This document shows, one piece after another, positions 12,005-23,459 of a stretch of DNA of 64,000 nt (positions are counted from its first letter, which is position 1; each line of letters begins with the position of its first letter). A model generated the notes under the pieces. It saw nothing but the letters and a program-made list of their open reading frames with translations. It did no database searches and was not told where the DNA came from. A program made the position numbers and the translations under genes. The stretch is from Octopus sinensis (lineage: Eukaryota): contig NC_043008.1 of NCBI RefSeq assembly GCF_006345805.1, positions 59,768,001-59,832,000 of the forward strand, in the 5' to 3' direction.

Positions 12005-12386
12005 GGCGCAGGAGTGGCTGTGTGGTAAGTAGCTTATTTACCAACCACATGGTTCCGGGTTCATTCCCACTGCGTGGCACCTCGGGCAAGTGTCTTCTAC
12101 TATAGCCTCGGGCCCACCAAAGCGTTGTGAGTGGATTTGGTAGACGGAAACTGAAAGGAGCCCGTCGTATATATGTATATGTATGTATGTGTGTGTGTGT
12201 GTGTGTGCATATGATCGTGTGTCTGTGTTTGTCCCCCCAACTTCGCTTGACAACCGACGATGGTGTGTTTGCGTCTCCGTAAGAGACCGATAGAATAAGT
12301 CCTAAGCTTCCAAAGAATAAGAATGCTCGACTAAAGGCGGTGCTCCAGCATGGCCGTAGTCAAATGACTGAAACAAGTAAAAGAGT
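12005..12386 (+). mobile_element. SINE family A
   Basis: Colinear with 10064-10515. Confidence 0.85.
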
Positions 12387-12543
12387 AATATGTCTAGTAT
12401 CAGTCATTTAGACGTCCATAAATTACTATATATAAATTTGTATCGGTTTCCGTACAAGCAAGTTTATATACATGTGTTGTTACATACATGCATACATAAC
12501 ATACATACAAGTATATACAGCCCGTTTGTATCTTTCATCGTAG

Positions 12544-12663
12544 GTGCATTTGTACAAACAAGTTTACACAAAAACCTAGAAATACTAGATTTATCGAAGA
12601 AAGAGCGAAAGAAAGTGACGCAAATTCTCGAAATCCAATCTGTTAGTGGTACAATGAAGTCTT
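12544..12663 (+). CDS. Candidate 120-bp internal exon (phase 1-1), product unknown
   Basis: TTTGTATCTTTCATCGTAG acceptor and GTAAGA donor; the only open frame reads (G)AFVQTSLHKNLEILDLSKKERKKVTQILEIQSVSGTMKS. No homolog recognised. Confidence 0.3.
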
Positions 12664-12892
12664 GTAAGACATTCCAAAGATCATGCATGTGAGATTCTTT
12701 AGCGTGTGCATCGACAGTACAAATAACACACTAACTTAACCACATATTGACAAACACCCAGGTCTCTCTTAACTCAAAAAGACTTGTCGTTTTGCTATCG
12801 ACCGGCTTGAACTCTCTAAAGGAGATTTTAAATAAAACTCAAGGAAAAACATCCATCCATCCATCCATCCATCCATCCATCCATCCATCCAT

Positions 12893-13008
12893 AGGGAGAG
12901 TTTACGAAAAAAACAAAAGACGAAGACAGGTGGTGTACAAAACAAACAGATGTATTAGTATAACGCTCAGGAATAGAAAAAGTCTTTTACATTTCGATCC
13001 TACGCTCT
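12893..13008 (-). mobile_element. Family H2 short element, truncated through the HHR core
   Basis: Colinear with the reverse complement of 60280-60396. Confidence 0.75.
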
Positions 13009-13232
13009 TACATACATACATACATACATACATACAAAGAGACAGACAAAGAGACAGACAAAGAGACAGACAGACAGACAGACAGACAGATAGATAGATA
13101 GATAAATAGATAGATAGAGAGGCAGACAGATAGACAGGGAGACAGAAAGAGACTTGTTAGATCTTTGCAAAGTGTGATATTCAATAATCTTTCACTAATT
13201 GTATCAAGGCAAGTAAAGTTGTTCTTTTGAAA

Positions 13233-13745
13233 TCTATATATGTAAAACTGTAGTTGTGTGAGTGTCTGTCCCCTTCGATTTAGATTCCTTACTACTCCCA
13301 CATTTTGCGGTGCAGTTTAACCAAATTCAGGTATCTTATAGTCGTGATTCATATCAAGCCCGTCTGAGTATTAGCGCGCGTCTACGATGAGTCTACGATT
13401 TTAAAAATAATTTAACATCATTTTTTATTCCATTTTAATGCATAATTTTTCGTGTGACGATGGCGGCGGAGTTGGCGTCCATGGTCACACCTGCATCTGT
13501 TTGCTTCTCCCCCTTCTTCCCTCCCTCGTGAAGCTGTGGGGAAGGGAGTGTAAGGAAATCAACGTCGTAAAGCGTTGTCAAGGAGACCAGCGTTCTTTTA
13601 GAACAACGACTTCATGGTTTGAAGACACCAAAACAGAAATGGCTGAGAAAGCCCGAATTGGCATCTATAAGGGAAGTAACTCTCTAAAAATGCTTATATA
13701 GTTATTTCCCTTACAAACCCGAGCAACGCCGGGTGATACTGCTAG
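13233..13745 (+). mobile_element. Non-autonomous Helitron-like element (513 bp)
   Basis: Starts A|TC (TCTATATATGTAAAA), ends CTAG|T, with subterminal hairpin CCCG-AGCAACGC-CGGG at 13718-13733; no TSD. Confidence 0.65.
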
Positions 13746-14067
13746 TTTTATATATTGCTCTGATGATAGTCGACACCGTTATAGAAACGGTTACCATACC
13801 TACGACACAATTCTTTTTCCTTTTCTCTCCTCTCTCCTTCTCCCTCTCCCTCTCTCCATTCTCTCCGTCTCTCAATCCTTTCTCTTCTTTTCCCCCCATC
13901 TTTCTGTTGCTACGTGTCGGCTGCATTCTCTTCCCTAGACTGTCTGCCTTCTCAGTACGAACACACAAATATAACACCCAAATACATAAATATCCATACA
14001 CACACTGAGAAACTCGCCTACAAACATAACTCTACGAGATAAAGATGATAAAATAATGAACTTACAC

Positions 14068-14137
<70 letters not shown>

Positions 14138-14199
14138 GTCTGTCTGTCTGTCTGTCTGTCTGCCTACCTGTCTATCTATCTTTACATACATATATAATT

Positions 14200-14257
<58 letters not shown>

Positions 14258-14463
14258 GTATACATACACACACACACACATATATATATATGTACACATA
14301 TATATTTATATATATATGTATATATAGCAATAAGAAAATGGAGGTGATCAATAGGTGGTTCATCAACTTTTAGACATTATATTATGTCAATTTATATACT
14401 AAAATGACAATTACAAGAATATACATACATGTATAACATATTATGCTTTACATATAAAATATA

Positions 14464-14521
<58 letters not shown>

Positions 14522-14529
14522 TATATATA

Positions 14530-14795
14530 TAGCATTATTAAATCTCAGAATGAGATGTAAACAGTAATCGCTCGATAATGTAAGTATAGAAGCCATATTA
14601 ATATGGCTAACCACATAGGGGAGGGGGTGTTACTGTAGCTCTATAGCCCCAGGAGATCGTCGTCTCCAGCTGGCTTTAGAAGAGCACTGAAATGGTGTCT
14701 AAAGCCAGCTGGAGACGACGATCTCCTGGGGCTATAGAGCTACAGTAACACCTCCTCCCTATGTGGTTACCATATTAAGATGGCTTCTATACTTT
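14530..14795. mobile_element. Foldback MITE inside (TA)n
   Basis: 54-bp perfect inverted repeat 14627-14680/14698-14751, extending imperfectly to 14583/14793; terminal sequences recur collapsed at about 45894-45945. Confidence 0.75.
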
Positions 14796-14839
14796 ATATA
14801 TATGCGTATAATATATATATATATGCGTATATATATATA

Positions 14840-14879
<40 letters not shown>

Positions 14880-15654
14880 TATATATTATAATATATATAT
14901 GTATAATTTATATATATATATATATATATATACGCATATATTAATTTGACATGAGCGAGTCTTTCTTGTCTCAAACGGCTGGGTGGAATTGCGCGAAAAA
15001 TTACACAGATGTGTAGAATGATCCGGTGGTGTCACAGGGCTTTGTATTTTTTCATAGCTCCCATGGTTTCTGAGATAATCTACTATAATAATACTCTTGT
15101 TTTTATGAATGAGAAAGGAAGGAGTAATAGATGAATAAGGGAAGAAGGGGCGATGTCATACTGGTAGGGGGATGATAAAAATTGTACGCTGAAAAAATAA
15201 ATCAGTGAATATGTGTGTGTATGTAAAAGGGGTGGTATGTGAATGTGTGTGTGTGTGCGTGCGCGCGCGCAATGGAAGTGGGATGGTTCATATTTGTTCG
15301 CTTAGCATTTGGGTTTACTTTTTGATTTGGTTGAATCTTCGTTGTTTTCTTTTGTTGGTCAGTTATTTTTAGCGTTTTGACAGAAAAAGTTATTATAAAA
15401 GTGTTCTTAACGTAAGCGTGCCCAAATAAGACGGATGCTTATACAGAGCAGGTTTTACAGCCACATCATCCAAACCGACCGAGTGAAACCGAGCTTGGCT
15501 GCTAGTACACACATACACACACTCACACTCACACACACACACACACAACACACACACACACACACACATATATATAGACTCTGTGTGTGTACATTTATAT
15601 ATATAATTTTAATTAGGGTGTCTAAAAGATGCCATCATGCTAGATATAGCAGTC

Positions 15655-15764
15655 AAAACTTGACTCTAAAACCACATCAAATATTCATACAGCACTATTT
15701 TGTCTCTTTGTCTTCTCTCCTAGTGCTGTATGAATATTTGATGTGGTTTTTAGAGTCAAGTTTT
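15655..15764. repeat. 43/44-bp inverted repeat with 23-nt pyrimidine loop
   Basis: Arms 15655-15697 and 15721-15764 differ by one A/T indel. Confidence 0.9.
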
Positions 15765-15960
15765 GTGTGTTTGTGTCTGTGTTTGTCCCCCATCATCGCT
15801 TGAAAAACCGGTGTTGGTGTGTTTACGTTCCCGTAACTTAGGGGTTCGGTAAAAGAGACCGATAGAATAAGTACTAGTCTTACACAGAATAAGTACAGGG
15901 GTTGATTTCTTCGACCAACATGGCCACAGTCAAAATGACTGAAACAAGCAAAAGAATAAA
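15765..15960 (+). mobile_element. SINE family A, 3' half
   Basis: GTGTTTACGTTCCCGTAACTTAG...GAGACCGATAGAATAAGTACTAG body. Confidence 0.75.
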
Positions 15961-17025
15961 TAAATACATATATATGTGTATGTGTGTGTGTGTGTGTGCG
16001 TGTGTGTGCGTGTGCATGTGTGTGTTCATAATATAATATATTAACGAGCGTAGTGTTTATATATATATTTGTCCAAAATCACGGAGACAGAGTAGGAGAA
16101 AGTGTAGTATAAGTGAAGGGAGAAGAGAAAAAATAGTAATTCAGTGAAGGAGAAGTAGTGAGAATAATAACCCTAACTGAGAGAGAGAGAGAGAGAGAGC
16201 GAGAGAGCGAGAGGGAGAGAGAGAGAGAGCGAGGGAGCGAGTGAGAGAAAATAATAGCAATGAAAGAAAGGAAGTGGCAAAGAGCGCAATGTGTATCTTC
16301 TGTTTTTCTCCGTTGCATATAAATGAGAAAGGAAGGGGTGATAGACGAATAACGAAGGAAGGGGTGAAAAAAATTAGCGTTTCAACTCTGTGTGAGTATA
16401 TGCGTGTGTCTGTAAAAGGGAGGTAAGTGAATGTGTATGCATGTGTGTGTGTGTCTTTGTACGTGTGTGTGCGTGCGCATGCAATGGAAGTGAGATGGTG
16501 AACATTCAATGTTGAAAAGAAAAATCAAACAGCATTTCAACTCTATTTGAATATATGTATGTGTATGTGTGTGCGTGTACAAGGGAAGTATGTGAATGTT
16601 TGTATCAGTGATTATTATGTACCTCATTTTGTACTTAATTTATATACAAAATACTACAATCAGTCATCATTTTTGGCGGTTCGGGGCCAGCTAGTATTAC
16701 ATAATCGCATTGATGTTGTTCATATTGCATACCTGTCTTTACAATGAAATATTTTAACGAAACAACTGTAGCTGATAACACATTCGTTTGTTTTTATTAC
16801 AGAAGCGCGTACACACACACACACACACACACATACACACACATACACACAGGCATATGCATAACATATATATTTTTGTCTATATTTATACGTACACACA
16901 CGTATACATGTAAACATAAAAAAATATTTTTCTTGGTATTTTTCTTATTGTAGATACATGCATAGATACATAGATATACAAACACCAACACACACACACA
17001 GATATATTTATAAACACACACACAA

Positions 17026-17066
<41 letters not shown>

Positions 17067-17183
17067 CATATATATATATATATAACGGGAAGCTTTATGA
17101 AAATAAACAAAAGACGAAGGCAGGTGGAAAACAAACGAACAATTGTATTAGTATGGCGCTCAGGAAATATAAATAAAACAAGT

Positions 17184-17224
<41 letters not shown>

Positions 17225-17649
17225 GTGTGTGTGTGTGTGTGTGTGTGCATATAAATGTATAATGTAGGTATTTAACAATGCATATGTATATGTGTATATA
17301 TATTTATACAAAATGCACACATATACAGCCACAAATTCACAAGCACACACATTTAATGCAATACGGCACCGTTTTATTTTTTAGCAAATAAAATATAAAT
17401 TAGCATTTTATATCATGCAGCGCAGGAAACACAAGATTTATGTAAAACATTATTCTATAAAGCAAATATATATAAATATAGTTTAAAAGTATTTTTGCAG
17501 AAATCAGTGTGAAAACTAAAAAAATTGAGAAGAAAATCAGAAACTCGAAATATTTTTTTTTTGCCTTTCTTTTTATATGATTGAAATAAATTGTTGCAAT
17601 TTTGAATCATGGTGAGGATGGATCGTATGTACATACATCTATACACAAG

Positions 17650-17972
17650 CGCGCATATGTATGGCTTAGTGGTTAGGGCATTCGGCTCATGATCGTAAGG
17701 TTGTGAGTTCGATTCCCGGCGACGCGTTGTGTCCTTGAGCAAGACACTTTATTTCACGTTGCTCCAGTCCACTCAGCTGGCAAAAATGAGTTGTACTTGT
17801 ATTTCAAAGGGTCAGCCTTGTCACTCTCTGTGTCACGCTGATTATCCCCGAGAACTACGTTAAGGGTACACGTGTCTGTGGAATGCTCAGCCATTTGCAC
17901 GTTAATTTCACGAGCAAGCTGTTCCGTTGATCGTATCAGCTGGGACCCTCGTCGTCGTAACCGGCGGAGTCT
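17650..17972 (+). mobile_element. tRNA-head SINE family C
   Basis: A box TGGCTTAGTGG and B box GAGTTCGATTCC; relatives at about 39880-40060 and 56030-56320. Confidence 0.8.
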
Positions 17973-18112
17973 TTATTATATATACACACACAAACGAAAG
18001 GAAGATAAACACAGAACGGCAAGTTGAAAAACATACTAAATGCACAATTACATAAGTACACATATACATACATGCATACATTAATGTATAAATAAATAAA
18101 TAAATATATATA

Positions 18113-18568
18113 TTCTTTTATTTATTTTTGTCATTTGACTGCGGCCATGCTGGAGCACCGCCTTTAGTCGAAGAAATCAACCCCAGGACTTGTTTTTTGT
18201 AATCCTAGTACTTATTCAATCGGTGTCTTTGCCGAACCTCTAAGTTACGGGGACGCAAACACACCAGCATCGGTTGTCAAGCGATGTTGGGAGGACAAAC
18301 ACACGCACACACAAAACACACACACATACATACATACATACATACATACATACATACATACATACATACAGGCACACACACACACTCACACACACATATA
18401 TATATATGACGGGCTTCTTTCAGTTTCCGTCTACTAAATCCACTCACAAGGCTTTGCTCGGCCCGAGGCTATAGTAGAAGACACTTGACCAAGTTGCCAC
18501 GCAGTGGGACTGAACCCAGAACCATGTGGTTGGGAAGCAAGCTACTTAGCACCCAGCCACTCCTGCAT
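18113..18568 (-). mobile_element. SINE family A
   Basis: Reverse complement is colinear with 10064-10515. Confidence 0.85.
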
Positions 18569-18683
18569 CTATATATATAAATACACATACTTATATGCAT
18601 GCATACATTCCTATACAGATATACATTTACAGACACCTGTATAAGTACATGTGTATGTATATAGATATCTTTGATTTATCTAT

Positions 18684-18826
18684 ATATGTATATATTTATG
18701 TTTTTTTATATGTGTGTGTCTGTTTATATAATATGTATATATTTATGTTTTTTTATATGTGTGTGTCTGTTTATATAATATGTATATATTTATGTTTTTT
18801 TTATATGTGTGTGTCTGTTTATATAT
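18684..18826 (+). repeat. 47-bp minisatellite x3
   Basis: ATATGTATATATTTATGTTTTTTTATATGTGTGTGTCTGTTTATATA repeated three times. Confidence 0.9.
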
Positions 18827-18844
18827 ATTGGTAATTAATATATA

Positions 18845-19020
18845 TAAATGTAGCCACATGTGAATCTTCGGCGATTTTCTTCCTCCGTCTTCCCTCCCAT
18901 TGGACTTTCCTCTGTTTCCGAAGAAGAGCGTCTGCTCAAAACATTAAACTATCTTTCTTTTCTTTCCTGAGCGTCTACTAATACATTACATGTACCACGT
19001 CCTCGCGTCGTTGTTTTTTT
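18845..19020 (+). mobile_element. H2-related short element with degenerate HHR-like motif
   Basis: GTTT-CCGAAGA-A-GAGC(GTCT)GCTC-AAA-ACAT-T-AAAC; the downstream CCTGAGCGT...CTAATACAT is shared with H2. Confidence 0.5.
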
Positions 19021-19254
19021 GTGTTTGTTTTATATATATCTAGAAAGAGAGAGAGCGAGAGAGACCCTGACCAGATCGGAGCAATCTCAAGTATAACCAA
19101 CCGAAATCAAAGATAATCTGAAACCCGACTGAGGAAAGAAAATTCCGAAAGACCCATCTTTGTTTTATGCTTATCGTCTGTCTGGATGTTTTGCGTTATT
19201 GTTCCATTTTTGAATTATATATATATATATATATATATGAATGATAAATTCTCT

Positions 19255-19400
19255 TGTGATGGTTCAGTAAAATAAAGCGGTAATCATGTTCTATGGACAT
19301 GAATGTCTCTTTTGAGGCCTGCTGATGTCTGGCAAACATTTTGGCAAATGGAAGAAGTTGACGACTCAGTTTGCTTGTGGGTCAGTTACTATGTGTTTTC
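19255..19400 (-). pseudogene. LINE C-terminal zinc-finger remnant (RTE/L2-like)
   Basis: Minus frame ICQNVCQTSAGLKRDIHVHRT* resembles the terminal C-x2/3-C...GL-x-x-H-x-x-x-H motif. Confidence 0.35.
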
Positions 19401-19607
19401 TTGAGTAGATCATATATAAACCCTCCCGCCACGACCTATCGGTGTGAAAATTTCCACTCATGGAAATGAAAAGCATCATCATCTCGCTCTCAAGATTTTG
19501 ACCCCGCAGCATTAGTTTTAGCGGGAAAAATAAATCGGATACTTTTTGAATGTATCTTGTATATGTGTACATATATATATATCAAAGTAAAAAGAAATAT
19601 ATAAATA

Positions 19608-19842
19608 TATTTCTTTACTACCCGCAAGGGGATAAACACAGAGAGGACAAACAAGGACAGACAAACGGATTAAGTCGATTACATCGACCCCCAGTGCGTA
19701 ACTGGTACTTAATTTATCGACCCCGAAAGGATGAAAGGCAAAGTCGCCCTCGGCGGAATTTGAATTCAGAACGTAACGGCAGACGAAATACGGCCACGCA
19801 TTTCGCCCAGCGTGCTAACGCTTCTGCCAGCTCGCCACCTTA
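19608..19842 (-). mobile_element. SINE family B (long-tail variant)
   Basis: Complete head, body and GACAAACAAGGACAGACAAACGG tail. Confidence 0.85.
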
Positions 19843-20136
19843 AAGAAATATATATATATACATGCAAACATATACACATATACTTATACACCCCCCACAC
19901 GCATGTTTTATGTATTTCTTTGTTTATTTATGAATATAATTATCCCATCAGAAATAACGCAAGTAAAAACGGGAAAACAGTTTGCGAATCGATATTTCAA
20001 GCTGACTCTTGCCAAGAAGCTATTATTTCTCTCGGAAGTTTAAAACACAGATTTATAACTAGCAAACATGGTTGCTTTGCTTGCAAGAAATAGCAGTCAC
20101 AGTCAAATCTTCTTTAAATCAGACATCATTAATGAT

Positions 20137-20327
20137 ACCACCACCACCACCACTACTACCATTCCTACCACCACCACCACCACCACCACCACCACCACCA
20201 CCACCACCACAACCACCACTACCATCACTACCACCACCACTACCATTACCATTACCAGCAGCAGCAGCAGCAGCACCAAAACCATCACCACCATCTTCAC
20301 CATCACAACACCCCACTACCACCACCA

Positions 20328-20360
<33 letters not shown>

Positions 20361-20445
20361 CAACAATAACAACAAAAAACAACAAGAACTACAATGACAC
20401 CACGAACAAAAAGCAACAAAAAACAACAAGAACTACATTGACACC
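20137..20445 (+). repeat. (CAC)n/(AGC)n/(AAC)n compound trinucleotide repeat
   Basis: Direct inspection; source of the poly-P/T/G/V ORFs. Confidence 0.9.
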
Positions 20446-20739
20446 ACCAACCTGGAGATCTCTGCATAATGCAAAGACACATTAGTGAGTGCAACAGCTG
20501 TTTTGGTGATGGCCTTTTATGACGAGAATCGATTTGGCGCTGAAGACAGATGCACACACACAGAGAAATAAACATACATACGTCCACATACATTGTATGT
20601 ACAGAAGAAGTGACAGAGAAAGGGAGGGAAAGAGAGTAGGAGTGAGAGAAAAGGAAAGAGAGGTAAGAAAGAAATAGAGAGGAAAGAAAAACTGAGAGAA
20701 AGAAGGAGAGAGGGAGAGGTTGACATATGGACAAAGACA

Positions 20740-20940
20740 TTATTGGGTCGGCTCAAAAGTCCGTTCGGTTTTTTTTTTAATGAGAAAATAAGATAAGTTT
20801 TAAACAGAAAACGATTTAATCGATGATGTAATTACCCTTTTGTCCTAGTATCTTCTACTATCTCGTGGTCAGAGCCATTATTTCCTGCTCAAAAAATTTC
20901 CTGTTTTTACTTTCGGAAAGCTCCCAAATAAAGTAGCCCG
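20740..20940 (-). mobile_element. Mariner 3' remnant
   Basis: TIR-like TATTGGGTCGGCTCAAAAGTCCGTTCGG; minus frame ...SKNRKFFEQEIMALTTR**KILGQKGNYIID* matches a mariner C-terminus. Confidence 0.65.
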
Positions 20941-21526
20941 AAAAGGGCTTTAATGCGTTCCCAGAGTATACAGAACATAGGAGGCAATACTAATAAGGTA
21001 TGCATACTGAAATTGTGAAGCATGTTACATAATAACAGGCTAATCAGATATGAGACAATAACAATTCAAAGTAAATAACTCTGAAAAGGGATTTTGTGCG
21101 TTCCCAGAGAATGTTACCCTCAGGAGCGCTAGTGTTGGTATATTCGTGAATAAGTCACTAACCAAAATAAGTGGATCTATTGTTTAGGAAAATACTATTC
21201 ACTTGTTTAAGGGTTTACTGGATAAATTGCGAAAATAACTCTAACAGTTCAAATACTAAGAAATAAGCATACTCAATTTCATTTTTACCAAATAAATTAG
21301 GAAAATGAATGGCTTATTTCCCTTGGCTATATATAAGGATCCCTTATATCGATTTTTTTCAACAATCTGAGTATGTCATGAGGTTTCCATACATGAGTTC
21401 TACTCACGAGTCAAGTTTCATCAAAATTGATAAAACGATGTAAGAGGGGTTAGCTAACAACACAAACACACCAACAGACAGAATTTCCCACATATGTAGT
21501 AGATACACACAGAAGTATGTGTGTGA

Positions 21527-21557
<31 letters not shown>

Positions 21558-22485
21558 TGTGTGTGTGTGGTGTGTGTGGTGTGTGTGTATGTGTGTACAT
21601 ATATGTATTAAGAAAAACGGAAGAAGTCAGAATTTTGGATAATCATTTTTTAGTGAGAGCTTTCAGTTCGTTTCACAGATTATTTTTTGATGAATCTCTG
21701 AAACGAGATGAAAACGCTAGATAAATAATTATCCAATATTACGACCACCTCCTTTTCCTTAATATATAAAATCTGTACACCAATTGAAACAATCTATACG
21801 TAATATATATATATGTCTATGCATATGCATATTATATACACTTCTATTGAACGTCCCTTTTCTTCTCTATTTCATTCCATTTTATTTACATTCACACTGT
21901 ATCATATTTTATTGTGTGAAGTTGGTGTATTGTAGTTCTTTTATTCAAACTCGTTAGTTCGTTGCCGATGGTAAATCAAAGTGAGGCTGACCGGAACTTT
22001 TATTCTTTCTATGTACAAGTGGATACCTATGAGTGTTGCTTTTTTAACTAAGATGTCGAGAACAGCAGCCGACATCCTGTCCAATATTGTTTATAGCACT
22101 GTTATTTGAAGCCTATCATTTCCCTTTGTCCTTGATTCGGTCAAGTTTCTCTTGCAGGTGGACACACTTTTCATTAACGTTTACACGCTTCTTAGAATGA
22201 AATAAAACATAGTCTGCTCTGCTCTTGCTTGTTTTTCATTTTTCGCCTACTCGTCTGTTTTATTAATAAGCACAAAAATCGTGTAATATTTTAGACGAGG
22301 TTAGAAAGAACGAGATACTGAAATGCGTAAGTTTTCCCCAATACAAAGTATGAAGCCCTTAAAACGGTTTTTGTGCATTTACAGAGAATACCGAACCGTC
22401 TTACACAGTCTTGCTTTGTAACCATGTGGTTCCAGGTTCAGTCCTCCCGTGTGACACACGAGAGAATATTACTTTCTCTCTTTTC

Positions 22486-22830
22486 TCTCTTTTACTTGTT
22501 AAAGTCATTTGACTGCGGCCATGCTGGAGCACCGCCTTTAGTCGAAGAAATCGACGCCAGGACATATTCTTTGTAAGCTTAGTACTTATTCTATCGAATC
22601 TTTTGCCGAACCACTAAGTTACGGGGACGTACACACACCATCATCGGTTGTCAAGCGATGGTGGGGGGGAGGGAGAAACGCAGACACACAAACACATACA
22701 CATATACATATATACGACGGGCGTCTTTCAGTTTCCGTCTACCAAATCCACTCATAAGGCTTTGGTAGGCCCGAGGCTATAGTAGAAGACACTTGGCCAA
22801 GGTGCCACACAGTGGGACTGAACCCGGAAC
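22486..22830 (-). mobile_element. SINE family A
   Basis: Reverse complement is colinear with 10064. Confidence 0.8.
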
Positions 22831-22984
22831 CTGCGCCTTTGATGAAGTGAGGTTAAAATAATTGAGAAATAAGCAATATCCTTGTTTTTCGCTTTGCCAG
22901 GAACTGATCTTACTAATCTACAGTATCTTGTCACATGCATACGCAATACTCGAAGATACCCACCCACACATAAAAAGTTTGCTT

Positions 22985-23135
22985 TCTAACCATGTGGTTC
23001 CAGGTTCAGTCCCTCCGTGTGGCACACCTTGAGTAAGTGTCTTCTACTATAGCCTCTTGCCGACCAAAACTTCGTGAGTGGATATTGGTAGACGAAAACT
23101 GAAAGAAAACCATCGTATGCACACACACACACACA
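22985..23135 (+). mobile_element. SINE family A, 5' half, interrupted at its (CA)n
   Basis: Head and body match; the sequence switches to a GC-rich element at 23136. Confidence 0.7.
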
Positions 23136-23459
23136 TGGGGAGTGACGTGCATACCTTGCTGCTTTGGCTGCAAACCCACGTATCGTCCCCCCCCCCGTGA
23201 CGTAGAGGAGAGAACGATAAACAAATATAGGAGCCTGACCGGCCGCTATCAGTTTGTGGTAGTCGCTGTTGAGACACTACGTGTTCTCTGACCCCGAACT
23301 CGGTATAATAGCGGCCCATCTAAGAAATGATCCTCGCGAGGTGGGTTGACTGTTGCAGTGAGTATCACCGGGTATTCTCCTCGGCGACGCTTTCGTAATC
23401 ATATCCGCAAGGCGCAGCTAAACACGCCATTTGTTCTGGGGGGTGTACAACCCGTTACA
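23136..23459 (+). mobile_element. Possible solo LTR
   Basis: 324-bp GC-rich non-coding block bounded by TG...CA (TGGGGAGT...CCGTTACA); no TSD seen. Confidence 0.3.

Noticed and set aside
20068-20485. Pro/Thr/His-rich ORFs resembling mucin or extensin
   Set aside because: Pure trinucleotide repeat with no flanking coding signal.
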